A DNA stretch of 63,991 nt, counting the filler, from Octopus bimaculoides (taxonomy: Eukaryota): NCBI RefSeq assembly GCF_001194135.2. It is 6 parts of 6 records of this genome, joined end to end, with 100 filler letters (N's around TTAATTAATTAA, not from the genome) between each part and the next. Parts side by side here need not be neighbours in the genome. Positions count along the whole stretch, not along the records: positions 37,528 to 58,332 come from NC_068983.1; 5 more parts are not named here. The stretch is one strand, 5' to 3'. The notes below the pieces were generated by a model. It worked only from the letters and a program-made list of their open reading frames with translations. It was not told where the DNA came from and did not search any database. Shown here one piece after another: positions 40,258-54,430 of this stretch; within the stretch, counting starts at the first letter, position 1, and every line of letters starts with the position of its first letter. The position numbers and the translations under genes were made by a program.

Positions 40258-41370
40258 TTATGTGCGTGTGTGTGTATGTGTGTGTGTGTATGTGTGTGTG
40301 TGTGTGTGGGTGTATTTGTTATGTATATATATCGAATAGATGAATCACGTACAAAATCACTGATTGTTTGCTTTAAGTTGTTGATCATCTCCTTTAGGAG
40401 GTTCAGTTCGCAGCCCGAATCACGTCAATATATTGTGCGTCAAAACCGTGACTTTGAATTACTGACGCAATTCATCTCATAGTCTTCTTCACAGTTACCG
40501 TCCTTCCATTTTCATCCGATAATGCCATATTCTATTTTGAAATGTTACAAAATTGTTAATGCTTCTTTAGTACTGTTATTTCTTTCCAATGGACAAACAC
40601 TGCGTTTACTTGTCCCTTTCAATTATCATCTGCAACACACAACTGATTTTACACTCGACGTCAGATCATTGTGACTTTGATATTGACATATTTTAATGAA
40701 AAATAAGTTCTATGATATTAGTTTCAATTTTGTCACAGGACCAGTGTTTTGCGGGGCAGAGTCTAAGTCAAATGTCTCGAACAAAGACCTCAACTTGTAA
40801 ATATTTTATCAATGCCGAAATATAAAGACGACTTCGGGAGAATCTGAACTCACTTCGTAAAGGCGGAGGAAATAGTTCTAAGTATTTGTGACCAGCTTGC
40901 TAAGTATTCTTCCTGCTAGCAGCCTTAATAAGCTGTATGATAAGAAGAACTATATCAGTCAGGTCAAAGGAGCTCTCTCACGTATATACAGCACTGCAAC
41001 GATGTGTCACTCACCAAATTAAATTTTATTTACTATATCCCAAATTGTGGGCGGCGTTCAAATATCTTCAACTGGAGTTCATGCATTCATCTCTCCCTCC
41101 GATTTCTCGATATAATTAGAGAGCCTGCGAAAAGCTTCATGAATAAATTATGAGAGAAGATCACCAGTTGAAGGTAACAACAAACTTGAGTGAAGTAGCA
41201 CAATGAAGATTTTTTTATACTACAATAAAAATAACAATTCAATTGCTAAGGTGTACTACTCATAAATATAATGCCTCGGTTTCAATTCTTGAACCAGAGT
41301 TAGGCAAGTGTACGTGAGTAAGGCATTGTATTTGACGACGCTCCAACAAACTCATCTTTGTTTTTGTTTT

Positions 41371-41706
41371 ACTTGTTTCAGTCATTTGACTGCGGCCATG
41401 CTGGAGCACCGCCTTTAGTCGAGCAAATCGGGACTTATTCTTTGTAAGCTCTAGTACTTATTCTATCGATCTATTTTGCCGAACCGCTACGTGACGGAGA
41501 CATAAACACACCAGCATTGGTTGTCAAGCAATGCTAGGGGGACAAACGCAGACACAAACACACACACATATATATACATATATATACGACGGGCTTCTTT
41601 CAGTTTCCGTCTACCAAATCCACTCACAAGGCTTTGGTCGGCCCGAGGCTATAGTAGAAGACACTTTCCCAAGGTGCCACGCAGTGGGAATGAACCCGGA
41701 ACCATA
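41371..41706 (-). mobile_element. Near full-length bipartite SINE with internal (CA)/(TA) microsatellite
   Basis: Minus strand: B-box-like GGTTCATTCCCA, CORE-like GGCACCTTGGGAAAGTGTCTTCTACTATAGC, internal low-complexity tract 41545-41585, then the 3' half shared with 28500, 29992, 54270 and 60990. Confidence 0.85.
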
Positions 41707-43407
41707 TCACAATGTTTAGCCCTTAAATATCATTTATAATTATATCACTTCTTTGAACTCGGCTCGAGTGGTTCAATGGTAACGGAGTTTAAAATATATT
41801 ATATCTGTTCGCGACTAAGATATGTATATCAGACAATTAGCTATACTTTACTAAATTATACTTCCTTACGCTTGTGGGGCATCTGGCTGTAGTGGTCTTC
41901 TATAACCACTTTTCGTACAGTTGTCTAACACAGATACGACCATTTTCTAGTTCTATAATAATTTACAACTGAATGCTGCACGTGGATTATTTTGGTTAAT
42001 CAAACATTAAATATAAAATGTATATGAAAACAAATTGACCGCATTTATAAACTTGAAGTTTCAACTTATACGTAGATCACTGACCCTCATCCATGAATTT
42101 CTCTTACGGCTATTTAGAAAGCTAATCAAGGAGTCTTCCCGAGCCATAGGCTCTTAAGAACGGTCTCCTTGACACTAATATATATNNNNNNNNNNNNNNN
42201 NNNNNNNNNNNNNNNNNNNNNNNNNNNNNNNNNNNNNNNNNNNNNNNNNNNNNNNNNNNNNNNNNNNNNNNNNNNNNNNNNNNNNNNNNNNNNNNNNNNN
42301 NNNNNNNNNNNNNNNNNNNNNNNNNNNNNNNNNNNNNNNNNNNNNNNNNNNNNNNNNNNNNNNNNNNNNNNNNNNNNNNNNNNNNNNNNNNNNNNNNNNN
42401 NNNNNNNNNNNNNNNNNNNNNNNNNNNNNNNNNNNNNNNNNNNNNNNNNNNNNNNNNNNNNNNNNNNNNNNNNNNNNNNNNNNNNNNNNNNNNNNNNNNN
42501 NNNNNNNNNNNNNNNNNNNNNNNNNNNNNNNNNNNNNNNNNNNNNNNNNNNNNNNNNNNNNNNNNNNNNNNNNNNNNNNNNNNNNNNNNNNNNNNNNNNN
42601 NNNNNNNNNNNNNNNNNNNNNNNNNNNNNNNNNNNNNNNNNNNNNNNNNNNNNNNNNNNNNNNNNNNNNNNNNNNNNNNNNNNNNNNNNNNNNNNNNNNN
42701 NNNNNNNNNNNNNNNNNNNNNNNNNNNNNNNNNNNNNNNNNNNNNNNNNNNNNNNNNNNNNNNNNNNNNNNNNNNNNNNNNNNNNNNNNNNNNNNNNNNN
42801 NNNNNNNNNNNNNNNNNNNNNNNNNNNNNNNNNNNNNNNNNNNNNNNNNNNNNNNNNNNNNNNNNNNNNNNNNNNNNNNNNNNNNNNNNNNNNNNNNNNN
42901 NNNNNNNNNNNNNNNNNNNNNNNNNNNNNNNNNNNNNNNNNNNNNNNNNNNNNNNNNNNNNNNNNNNNNNNNNNNNNNNNNNNNNNNNNNNNNNNNNNNN
43001 NNNNNNNNNNNNNNNNNNNNNNNNNNNNNNNNNNNNNNNNNNNNNNNNNNNNNNNNNNNNNNNNNNNNNNNNNNNNNNNNNNNNNNNNNNNNNNTATATA
43101 TATATACACATACACACATCGTGCCAACTGTTCCTGAACTAGACGCCGACACACCGCTAGAATGCTAATTTTTGAAATGTACACTGTAACCACAAAGCTA
43201 CGTGCCTTAACTCTTTCCATTGAATACTAGCATGTTAATACGAATACGTCACTATAAGGCGTATTGGTATATGAAAAACTCATACCTAGACACACAGGTG
43301 CCTGAATCATAAAAAAAATCGATGTTTATATTTAGATAACTTACATAATTAGACTTTCATATTACTTTGACTTAAGAATACTCACACACAGACAGGCACA
43401 CAGACAG

Positions 43408-43451
<44 letters not shown>

Positions 43452-45635
43452 NNNNNNNNNNNNNNNNNNNNNNNNNNNNNNNNNNNNNNNNNNNNNNNNN
43501 NNNNNNNNNNNNNNNNNNNNNNNNNNNNNNNNNNNNNNNNNNNNNNNNNNNNNNNNNNNNNNNNNNNNNNNNNNNNNNNNNNNNNNNNNNNNNNNNNNNN
43601 NNNNNNNNNNNNNNNNNNNNNNNNNNNNNNNNNNNNNNNNNNNNNNNNNNNNNNNNNNNNNNNNNNNNNNNNNNNNNNNNNNNNNNNNNNNNNNNNNNNN
43701 NNNNNNNNNNNNNNNNNNNNNNNNNNNNNNNNNNNNNNNNNNNNNNNNNNNNNNNNNNNNNNNNNNNNNNNNNNNNNNNNNNNNNNNNNNNNNNNNNNNN
43801 NNNNNNNNNNNNNNNNNNNNNNNNNNNNNNNNNNNNNNNNNNNNNNNNNNNNNNNNNNNNNNNNNNNNNNNNNNNNNNNNNNNNNNNNNNNNNNNNNNNN
43901 NNNNNNNNNNNNNNNNNNNNNNNNNNNNNNNNNNNNNNNNNNNNTATATATATATATGTAACGGCGATAGGGGGGTATCTCCCTCTACTAACTACGCTCA
44001 CGAGGTTATGTTTGTCCACCATTATCACAGAAAGTACTTGTCCTATGTATGTGACACGAGGTTGGACTCAAGATCACTTGGTTTTGAAGAAAGCTTTTTA
44101 ACCATGAAGTTAAAGCTGCGCCTTATATACAAGCAAGTATACATGCTTTCACGCACATGCGTCTACATATCTGTATGTTTGTATAAGTGTAGGTTTACAT
44201 GCTTGTGTATGCATGCGTGTGTATGTACACATGTGTGTGTGTACGCGTGTGTTTGTGTGAGTGAGAAAAGTGTATTTTCTTTCTTGAGTTGATTTGTTTG
44301 GGAAATCCATTTCCTCATACTTCCCGATCCGATATTCACATACCTTTTCCAATTTAGCAGATAGTTCCCGGTGTATAAAAGTTATGTAGAATGTTTTTAA
44401 ATTGGTGATTGAGCGAACGTATATAATAATCTTCCTAAATCTAACCATAGCCCATTATTCTATCATTTGCAATAACTTAATATTAATATATTGACAGCTA
44501 TCATATATACTCCTATTTAGATAAAGACCTCAACTTCGGGATTTGTTCTGAGTTATTTTGATATTTTAAATAACCAATTGTTGACAATTAATGCGCATAT
44601 ATCTTACTTTCGTCTTAAATTTATATTATCGCATGCCTTTTCTGTTGATGGACTGTGTTTCTCATATTATACATATACGGTTATATATATGCGTGTATGT
44701 ATGACTGTTTCTGTTCCATCTAAATCAATAATTCCTTCACTTAGTGTGACTAATGTTCATGTTTACATCCTCTGTGATAATGCACGTAAGGCGACTTATA
44801 TTTCTTGCGTAAAACGATTAAAGATAGTGTATCAAAATACACTTCAGCTAACAAGACCGTAGGAGATGTAAATTGTGTTTCTTAAATACGGCTATAATAG
44901 GATTAATTAAACACTGGTGTAGGAGTTGGAATCCTGCACTGCTCTAGATTATTTACAATCTCTTGCAGTAGACGCAGCTAAAAGTCACGAAATATTTGTA
45001 ATAAATATCCGTGTCCTGTTGACTTATGAAGTGTTTGCCTCAGTCATATTAAGCACTGCAGTGAGGTTCTTCAGTGATACCGTGTTAGCCAATCAAATCT
45101 TTTAATATATCAGCTGAACTGGGATAAGAAAATGAGAACAGACAGGGAGTCTGCAAAGCAAATAAAAATTAACTCAGTAATAAGACTTCAGAACGGCTGT
45201 TGCATTCAGACTTGCGTGAAAGCTGAAATAGCATATCGATTGAATCGTTGTTTTTGAATTATCAAATCATAAGAACCATAACATTGTATATTTTATTTTA
45301 TCACTCCAATTTTAAGACGATATGCATGTGTGCATCCTTACCGATATTTTCAAGGCATCTCTTTCCCGTAACCATTTATTTCTAGTTACTTAATTCAAGT
45401 AACTATGTCAACAGATACCCGATTTTCTCTATAAAGTGTAACACTGATCGCATAACTGGATATAAAGGGGTTAAGTTTTATACGCCCGACGTAATGAATC
45501 AAGGGCTTTAATTTACACCCGATATAACGAATCAAAAGCTTACAAAAGAAAGAAATATGCTACGTAGCCACATTGGAACGTAATACGTTCTATTCTAAAT
45601 TTAACGTTATGTCTGAAACGATGATGAGGCAGAGT

Positions 45636-46017
45636 TGTCGGCACTCCGTCGCTTACGACGTTGAGGATTCCAGTTGATCCGATCAACGGAACAGCCTACT
45701 CGTGAAAGTAACATGTAAGTGGCTGAACAATCCACAGACACGTGTACCCTTAACGTAGTTCTCGGGGATATTCAGCGTAACACAGTGTGACAAGGCTGGC
45801 CCTTTGAATTACAGGCACAACAGAAACAGGAAGTAAGAGCGAGAGAAAGTTGTGGTGAAAGAGTACAGCAGGGTTCGCCACCATCCCCTGCCGGAGCCTC
45901 GTGGAGCTATAGGTGTTTTCGCTCAATAAACACTCACAACGCCTTGTCTGGGAATCGAAACCGCGATCCTATGACCGCGAGTCAACTGCCCTAACCACTG
46001 GGCTATTGCGCCCCCAC
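45636..46017 (-). mobile_element. Full-length tRNA-derived SINE (probably Octopus OR-type), 11-bp TSD
   Basis: TSD TGAGGCAGAGT at 45625-45635 and 46018-46028; A/B boxes on minus strand; close match to 61611-61989 and 62211-62587. Confidence 0.92.
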
Positions 46018-46342
46018 TGAGGCAGAGTAAATGTGGCGAAAATGAATTAAGCGAAATATTTGAATGAACAAGAGACGACTGTGCGTTTGTCACGTTTGTG
46101 TTTATGGATGCGGTTTGTGTCTCGATTTACTGGAGATAACACCTGTTTGCATAAAGTTAAATGTGAAATGCTTGAGGCATCATCTTCATAAGTTTTTGTA
46201 ATGTTAAACATGACAGTTAGTAACACGTTAATGCATAGATAAGAGTGGATGCGACATACAATTATGCTTTGGAATGTACATCAGAATAAATAAACTGATA
46301 TTAATATAAATGCACTCTGACAGGCAATGCAATTGAATAGAG

Positions 46343-46552
46343 ATTATTCTTTTCTACACTAAGCAAAATGCCGAAATATTTGGGGACGGGGCTAGTAGAT
46401 TAGATTGATCCCCAGTACGCAACTGGTACTTAATTTATCGACCCCGAAAAGCAAAGTCGATCTCGACGGAATTTTAACTCAGAACATAAAGACAGAGGAA
46501 ATACCTCTAAACATTTCACCCGGTGTGCTAAAATTTCTGCCAGCTCGCCGCC
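46343..46552 (-). mobile_element. Near full-length SINE (Meta-domain-like family)
   Basis: Minus strand GGCGGCGAGCTGGCAGAAATTTTAGCACACCGGG...GTCGAGATCGACTTTGC..TCGGGGTCGATAAATTAAGTACCAGTTGCGTACTGGGG; the central motif resembles the Meta domain as recalled. Confidence 0.8.
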
Positions 46553-47595
46553 GAAAAAGAAATTATGAAATCTAGTTTTATCCTATATTTGATGGATATC
46601 CTATATTGGGATGTCGTCGTGGTAGGAATGTTCGCAAGCGTTTATGATAATATATCCAGCACCATTCCAATTGTCGGGTTTGATAAAGATGACTAAGTTC
46701 AATCCTTACGGAAGACTTTAATCACCGTTGATTTATTTGTGGATGGGGCACATATGAAAATGGATTTTCTACGGTTTCCTTCTTTACGTGTCAGATGTTT
46801 GATTTAAAGTGACATTCTGAAAGGTAATTAAAGTTATATAATCAACACTGCCTCCTTGACATTTCTAATAATTCTACGTGTATGGAATGAGCAATGCGCA
46901 ACAGCTAATGACTAAGAAATTAATTAACGATAGAAACTAATTTCAGATGTGCTCTATGGGTACAGCGCATTCTCCGCTGTCGATTATATAAAGTACCAAT
47001 CGAATAGTGGGTTGTCGTAATTACTAGCCTCTTCTCCAAAATTTCAGGAAGGAAAATTTTCACTTAACGGCAGTATATATACCGAAATGTTTAAAATAAG
47101 AGGGAGAGGATCAGCTTTATTATCTCGCTCTTGTGAGGATTCGCTTCACATCTCAACGATTTTCATTTCACTACGTGTCATATCCGCTAAATGTCTTATA
47201 CCAAAACACCACATCAAACAAACTTTTCAGTAAAATACGTGTATCGAAACGGTGTTTTGCTATCTTGCATCCAGATAAAATTTAGTGGAATCCAATGTAC
47301 TGTAAAATTCAGGATGATGAACCGCTGCCAAACATTTGTTGTCTGAGTCATCGGGTTGAGAGTGGTAATTGGTGGTGCATTTTGTTCACCGATTAATAAA
47401 TAAACTGCTATATTAAGTCAGATGACGTGTAATCAATCTTATTTTGTATGTAGTGACGTATAGGAAGTGTCATAGAATTAGGACAAACGTGTCATAGATC
47501 TATGTATTTTAAGCAAGTATGTAAGGACCTTATCAAATACAGTAATTTCTACGTAAAACATAACATGCAAACACACACACATACATACGCACGCA

Positions 47596-47635
<40 letters not shown>

Positions 47636-48082
47636 AAAAGAAAAAAACACGCAGACAGATACACAAATGAGACACGGTTGTATATCAAACCTCATTGAAA
47701 CATTGTTTAGTACCACATATTGAGTAGATATCGGATTCCAAACCGAGCTTTAAATGTTTTCATAGACATAATTTATTTTCATGATATCGACATGTATGCA
47801 GTTTTGTAATTATAAAACATACAGACTTAACTGAATTCCCTGATTAAGCAGAGACAATGAGGACGCCTGAACTATAGTACTTTGGGTACGTTTTAGTGAG
47901 CAACAAAGTGAGAGAGAGCGAAAGAGAGTGAGAGAGATAAAGAGATATAGACAGCCAGACTACCTAGGGTAGAAGGAAAGGAGAATCAATCACCAATATT
48001 AAGCTAAACTAGTATTGCATATGTACATATGAATACGTTACTCACGTGACACGACCAGCAACGTTATATTGTACACACACAC

Positions 48083-48155
<73 letters not shown>

Positions 48156-48156
<1 letters not shown>

Positions 48157-50165
48157 TAGCAGTAAAACCTGTCTTTGCGTGGGTAATTACATTTATCGTT
48201 TATCGGGAGCCACATTAAAAGTATTTTTATATGTAAAATTTACTCCTCCTGTATCTGTGCATTTTTAGAAGAGAAATGCGCGTAATAACTGAAGTAGAAG
48301 AAAGATCAATATCGTACATGACATTGTGTTTGTTACATGATAATAAGTGAAATGGAGGGGTTATTTTATTTATCAATAAAGTAATAACAATTACATAATA
48401 CAATTCATTGAAATAGGTAACTTACTCATTCTTCAATGTAATGATAGTAATGTTAAGTGAAGTTATTGAAGTATTTGTGTTGCATTAAGAATGAATATGT
48501 CTTTATGAATAATGTTTTTCTTTTTTGTTTTATTTCGGGCTACATATACCTTTACTACAAACAGTGGGAATGTTTGGGTCAATTTGTGCACAATTTATCT
48601 TGTAACTTTGCATAACTTTGGTTGAAACACAATATGTAATAACGTAGTAGGAGTCCCTTTTTTTCAATCTGTAACTGTTAATTCTAGTGAGTTAAAGAAT
48701 TCGATGGGATGGTTGACATTATCCTGATCATCAAAAACTCTGTCAATTGCGCTATGTGTGAAGACTTCTGGGAGTATATTCAATAGCATTTTATTAATGC
48801 TGTCCAGAGGAATATTTATTGGAGCCAGGATAGTTCTGACACCGATGAAATCTGTTTTGTTGTAATTATGAAGAAGTTTAGGAAAGGTTCCATACATCAA
48901 ATCTTCGACGGAATCAGTTGAATTATATATTGCATTGAGTGTAAGAAACTATTCTTCATCAATTGGAACTCTCCCTTCACCAGGTTTCAAAAGATGCTCT
49001 GCAAATAGTTTAGCTGACTGATCTCTTGAAAGCGTCGATCTCATATAATAATTGAAATAGAAAAGAGTTGAACATCATACATTAACTTCTGTTTCTTTAT
49101 TATATGACAGTAGTGAGTTTTATGTTATTATATTCATCAATAAAGTAATGACAATGATATAATACAGCTCATGGAAAGAGGTAACTTAGTCATACTTGAA
49201 TGTAATGGGAGTAATGGGAAATTAAGCTATTGAAGTATTCATGTTGCATTAAGAGTTAATATTTCATTATAACAATGTCTTTTATTTTATTTGCTCCCAC
49301 ACGTGATGCGCCTACATAACGTTGACCATGTGAAAAGCATTGTTCTTGAAGATGCAATCTAGCAAAATTTAGTGTTTGGCTCTGATTTTTATTAATGCTC
49401 ATGGAAAAAGAAACTTGGAGAGGAAACTGGAACCGTTTAAATTGGAATGGGACATTAGATGGTATAACTGGTATGTAAGGAACGAAGACGGTGTCACCTT
49501 TACCACAACCAATAGCAATATTTGCCTCAATGCAGTTCATCATCTGTTTGTGCACAATTCATCTTATACCACTGCATACTGTTGTTTGAGAAAAATTACG
49601 CAATAGCATAATTGGAGACCTTTTTCCAGTTGAAGACAATGAAGAGCTGTACCCGGTGGTTCTAGTGAGATCAAAGATTCGATGATGTAGCTAAAACTAT
49701 CCTGGTCATCAACAACACTTTCAATTGATGAATATTTCTCCTAGACGATTATTCAATCTCAAGTATTAATGCTATTCTCTGCAACGCATTTTGGAGCCAG
49801 GATAGCTCGCTCACAGATCCAATTTCTATTGTTGTAATTATGAAGAAAATTAGGAAAGATTTCATCCACCAAATCATCGACGGAATGAGCTGACTTACTT
49901 TTTAGATTGAGTATAAGAAACTGTTCTTCATCAACTGGAAATCTCCCTTCTCCGCGAAAGGAAGAGGTAGAGAAAGAAAGAGAGAGAGAGTGAGAGAAAG
50001 AGAGAGGGAGAGAGAGAGAAAGATAAAGAGGGAGGCAGGCAGACAGTGGGTATACAGGGGAGATAGAATAGAAGGAACATAAAAAGAAAACTCTACAGTG
50101 ATGGTGTCTTTTTTAGTTTCACTTTGTCGGACAAACAGACAGAATCTCTCTTTTATAAATATAGA
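48156..50165 (-). mobile_element. Helitron carrying PIF1-helicase pseudogene fragments
   Basis: Starts A|TCTATATTTATAAAAGAGAG (50165), ends CTAG|T (48156) with a degenerate hairpin; ORF 49256-49555 FQFPLQVSFSMSINKNQSQTL...CFSHGQRYVGASRV; ORF 48664-48900 RTILAPINIPLDSINKMLL...PIEFFNSL. Confidence 0.92.
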
Positions 50166-53100
50166 TTATATATATATATAATCTATGCTGCGTATTTATT
50201 AGTTTTTACGTTGTTAGTTGATTTAATTGAAAAACAAAAGCATAATTACAACAACCAGTGAAATGTATTGTTATATTCTCTTGATAAATGAGTCTTAATC
50301 AAGCCACCTGTGACAGACGATGTCAGCTTCTTGTAAGTGTAGACTCGAGTTGAACTTGTTTTGTAACGTAAAAAAGCTAAGAATATCACATTTTGGGTAA
50401 TCCATCCAAAGAACGTTTATGTGGACGTGTGCAGTGCTAAACTAGTTGTTAATTCTCCTTCACGCCACACATTACCGTCTTCATGAAATGGAGAAGAAAC
50501 ATTATGTCTGTATCAATGACCTGTTAATGTTTTGATGGTAATTTAACTCTATTTAAATAATGTCAATGTCATTTCTATGCAAAACGTGTTAATACATACA
50601 AGCAACGTTGCAACTAAGTTCAAATTTCACTTTCTAATATGCAGGGATATGAAGGAATATAATAGAACTTATTTATATTTTGTTTAATATATTCTCCTTT
50701 GTATGTGTTTTAAACCGATTTTTCCATTTCTGTTACGCTCTACATTTATCGAAGTGAAAGTTTCCACCATTTAGTTTTGCGAGCTATTATTTATAAGAGC
50801 AATATCATTGTGAAATAGCATCTTCCTCCGTAGAAACGCGACTGTTTGAAGCGATAAGTATAGTAGTTCTAACATTCAATGAGATCGAAAGTTTGTTTTA
50901 ATATACCTATACTTATATTTCAATTAGTCTCACTTTAATATTTGTATCGTCCAATATTTGCTGCTCGTTTTAATCCAACATATATTAATATACTGTCTCG
51001 GCGACTTTAACTGACAATTTATTTAATTCTCATAGCAGACTCGAAAGTATAATGCAAATTATAAGATTGCACATACTCTGCGGCCTGGCAATATCTTGTC
51101 ACAAGAGCAGAATATGATGGTAAGAAAATAATAGAAACGTTTAAGGAATGTAATCAATAAATCTCTATTCGAGCTAACTTAAGTATTGTCAACATTTAAG
51201 ACATCGCATTAGATCTAATTAACGATAAGTACTATCTCTATAGAAGAATAGACGAAGACCTATGATATGTTAATATACATTTTAATTATCTGCCTCGAAG
51301 CATAACAGATCTAGTGAAAAGATTTAGCAGGAAAATATCCAATATATCTTTAGACAAAGAGATGTTATTCGTCTTACACACTCTCTAATGGATATTGACG
51401 GAGAAAAAAAGTATTTACCAAGAAATTGTAATGTAATACAATCACAAAACACACAAAATAAAAAAAGGTCAACAACATCTATTGTTAAAGCTATTCTTAT
51501 AATAGCCCCGATCATTTTCTCCATCAACTGCTATTAATATCAATAATTTAACGCCAAGCAACGGACAATCAGACAGTTGTAGTAATCATATGATCTGCTA
51601 AGAATAACAGCCTAACGATGTTGGATCATACACCTATCTCTTGAAAGCATATCGATACATTGCGTATTTTTCTATGTACAAGTTAAAAATATGCCACCGC
51701 GGTCTATCGGACTAAATAAGTCAAGTACTGATGAACAAAATAATGCAGGTTACTTCACAGTTGTTCTGTATTTGATTGAGAAACCAGTGGTTTACCGTTA
51801 AGTTAAATGTTTTTAAGAGATAAATTTTGAAAGCTGCATTCCCTCGCTTTCAGTAAATATGTTGCTTATTTTTTGGTAGTTTTTGACTTATTTAGTCCCT
51901 CGAAGCGTGAGGCATTACTACACAGTTAATGCCCTTTATATAAATTATTTATATATATTTATGAAAAAATGATGAATTTTTTTCATTATGAAATTTTTAT
52001 CATTATTTTTTTCATTATGAGGTTTTTTCACGCTGACTACTTGATAAATTCTTATAAAGAATTTATCCTATATTATATTATAAATAATTAGAATATATTC
52101 AGTGCTGAATATTATTGTGTATAAGCACATGTTACTGAGATGCAACCGGATAAATTCGAATNNNNNNNNNNNNNNNNNNNNNNNNNNNNNNNNNNNNNNN
52201 NNNNNNNNNNNNNNNNNNNNNNNNNNNNNNNNNNNNNNNNNNNNNNNNNNNNNNNNNNNNNNNNNNNNNNNNNNNNNNNNNNNNNNNNNNNNNNNNNNNN
52301 NNNNNNNNNNNNNNNNNNNNNNNNNNNNNNNNNNNNNNNNNNNNNNNNNNNNNNNNNNNNNNNNNNNNNNNNNNNNNNNNNNNNNNNNNNNNNNNNNNNN
52401 NNNNNNNNNNNNNNNNNNNNNNNNNNNNNNNNNNNNNNNNNNNNNNNNNNNNNNNNNNNNNNNNNNNNNNNNNNNNNNNNNNNNNNNNNNNNNNNNNNNN
52501 NNNNNNNNNNNNNNNNNNNNNNNNNNNNNNNNNNNNNNNNNNNNNNNNNNNNNNNNNNNNNNNNNNNNNNNNNNNNNNNNNNNNNNNNNNNNNNNNNNNN
52601 NNNNNNNNNNNNNNNNNNNNNNNNNNNNNNNNNNTATATATATATATATATATCATATACTGCTATCCTATATGATACATAGAAATTGATTGTTATAACA
52701 TATGATGATAGGTAGTTTTCAATGTATATTTACGTATATACACGGACACGCCCTTCCCCACGTATATCTATATTTATATTTATATATATATCTATCTATC
52801 TACCTATCTTTCTTTCAGCCTGTCTATCTATCTATATCTAAATCTATCTATATCTATATATGCATGTAGATATATATTTCAGTCTGTGCGTGTGTGTTTC
52901 TGTGTGTGTTTAGCCTCTGTATTTCTGAGGCTGTGTATAGAAGTGTGTATGTCATTCCACATGCACCCATACGTATCGTATGCAAGAACATGCACTTAAC
53001 TTGAGGAATATTTTGACATGCTTATAGAATATTACTTCCGAAATCTATCTCTGCACCACAAACTTATAGCCCCTCTCTTAATATTCATTCTATACCAGAA

Positions 53101-53588
53101 CTTGTCATTGCGGCAATCTTCCCCAACTTCCATCTCGGATATACCAACCACTCATAGCTAAAGAACTGTTGTCATGTTATCAGATGCTGTCGTGAGAAAT
53201 TGCATTGGCATTAGAAGCCAATGAGTGGTAAGGGAGATTGACAAAACGGAAAGATCTGTTTAGTTATAGGTGCGCGAAGCAATTAAACTTAAATTTCCTT
53301 CAGCTATATACAGTGTGATCAAGGCACGTACCTTTATCTTGTATAGAAAAATTACATACCTGCAGTGCGTAATTTGTAATTCTGCCCACGCTAAAAAAAC
53401 CTGCAGCATCCACCACAAGAGAAATTGATCCATCATGCACTTGTCTCCACATTTTCGACTTCCGAACCATTGCCACTAAAAATCTTGCACAATAAAATGC
53501 AGTCCAAACTTTATCTTATACAAGGACAATCCCTGTCTGCTAGTAGTATGATTATTTTTCTTAGAAGCCAATTTATCCTTACCTTCAT

Positions 53589-53664
53589 TCTTCCGAATAA
53601 ATTAGCGCTAATTACCATTTGTCTTCCGAATAAATTAGCGCTAATTACCATTTGTCTTCCGAAT
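53589..53664. repeat. 33-bp tandem repeat x2.3 containing palindrome AATTAGCGCTAATT
   Basis: TCTTCCGAATAAATTAGCGCTAATTACCATTTG at 53589 and 53622, partial at 53655. Confidence 0.9.
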
Positions 53665-54269
53665 TAATACGTAACTGGACAACAACGGAGTGGATACATC
53701 GTAGTGCGAAGTAGCAATGTTCAACGCCCAGATATTTGACGCCCAATTCCTCCATAACATGATTACTTAGTGCTGTTAGATTGTATCGTCTAACAAGTAG
53801 AAGTGCATATATATNNNNNNNNNNNNNNNNNNNNNNNNNNNNNNNNNNNNNNNNNNNNNNNNNNNNNNNNNNNNNNNNNNNNNNNNNNNNNNNNNNNNNN
53901 NNNNNNNNNNNNNNNNNNNNNNNNNNNNNNNNNNNNNNNNNNNNNNNATATATATATATATATATATAAATAAATATTATCTTAGAACACTCTTTTATGA
54001 ACCTATTCATATGAAATGAACTTATCAATAATAAACTACAATTATCACCAGCCAAACATTTAACTTTTCCTTACTGTGATTCCGTAAAAAAATTGAATGC
54101 CAGATATAATCGCTAAGAATTGCATCCTGAATAGCCACTAGGATTGCCTAATAAAATTGGAGGGGAGGGACCAAGGAAAGACGTTTGTATACAAACCAAG
54201 CATCTTAAATATTAGGGATCTGCCTGAGGATGTAGATGCTGATATGCATCTATGAAACTTAAATCATTT

Positions 54270-54430
54270 TTTTCAGTCATTAGAATGGGACCAAGCTGTA
54301 GCACCGCTTTGAATAATTTTTTACTCAAATGAATTGACCTCAGTACGTATATGTTCTAAAGCCTGTTACTTATCCTAACATTTCCTTTTGCCGAACGGCT
54401 AAGTTACGGAGACGTGAAATGTGATGGTGG
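54270..54430 (-). mobile_element. Degenerate SINE 3' half (family of 41371-41706)
   Basis: TTTCAGTCATT...GCACCGCTTT...TTTTGCCGAACGGCTAAGTTACGGAGACGT. Confidence 0.65.
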
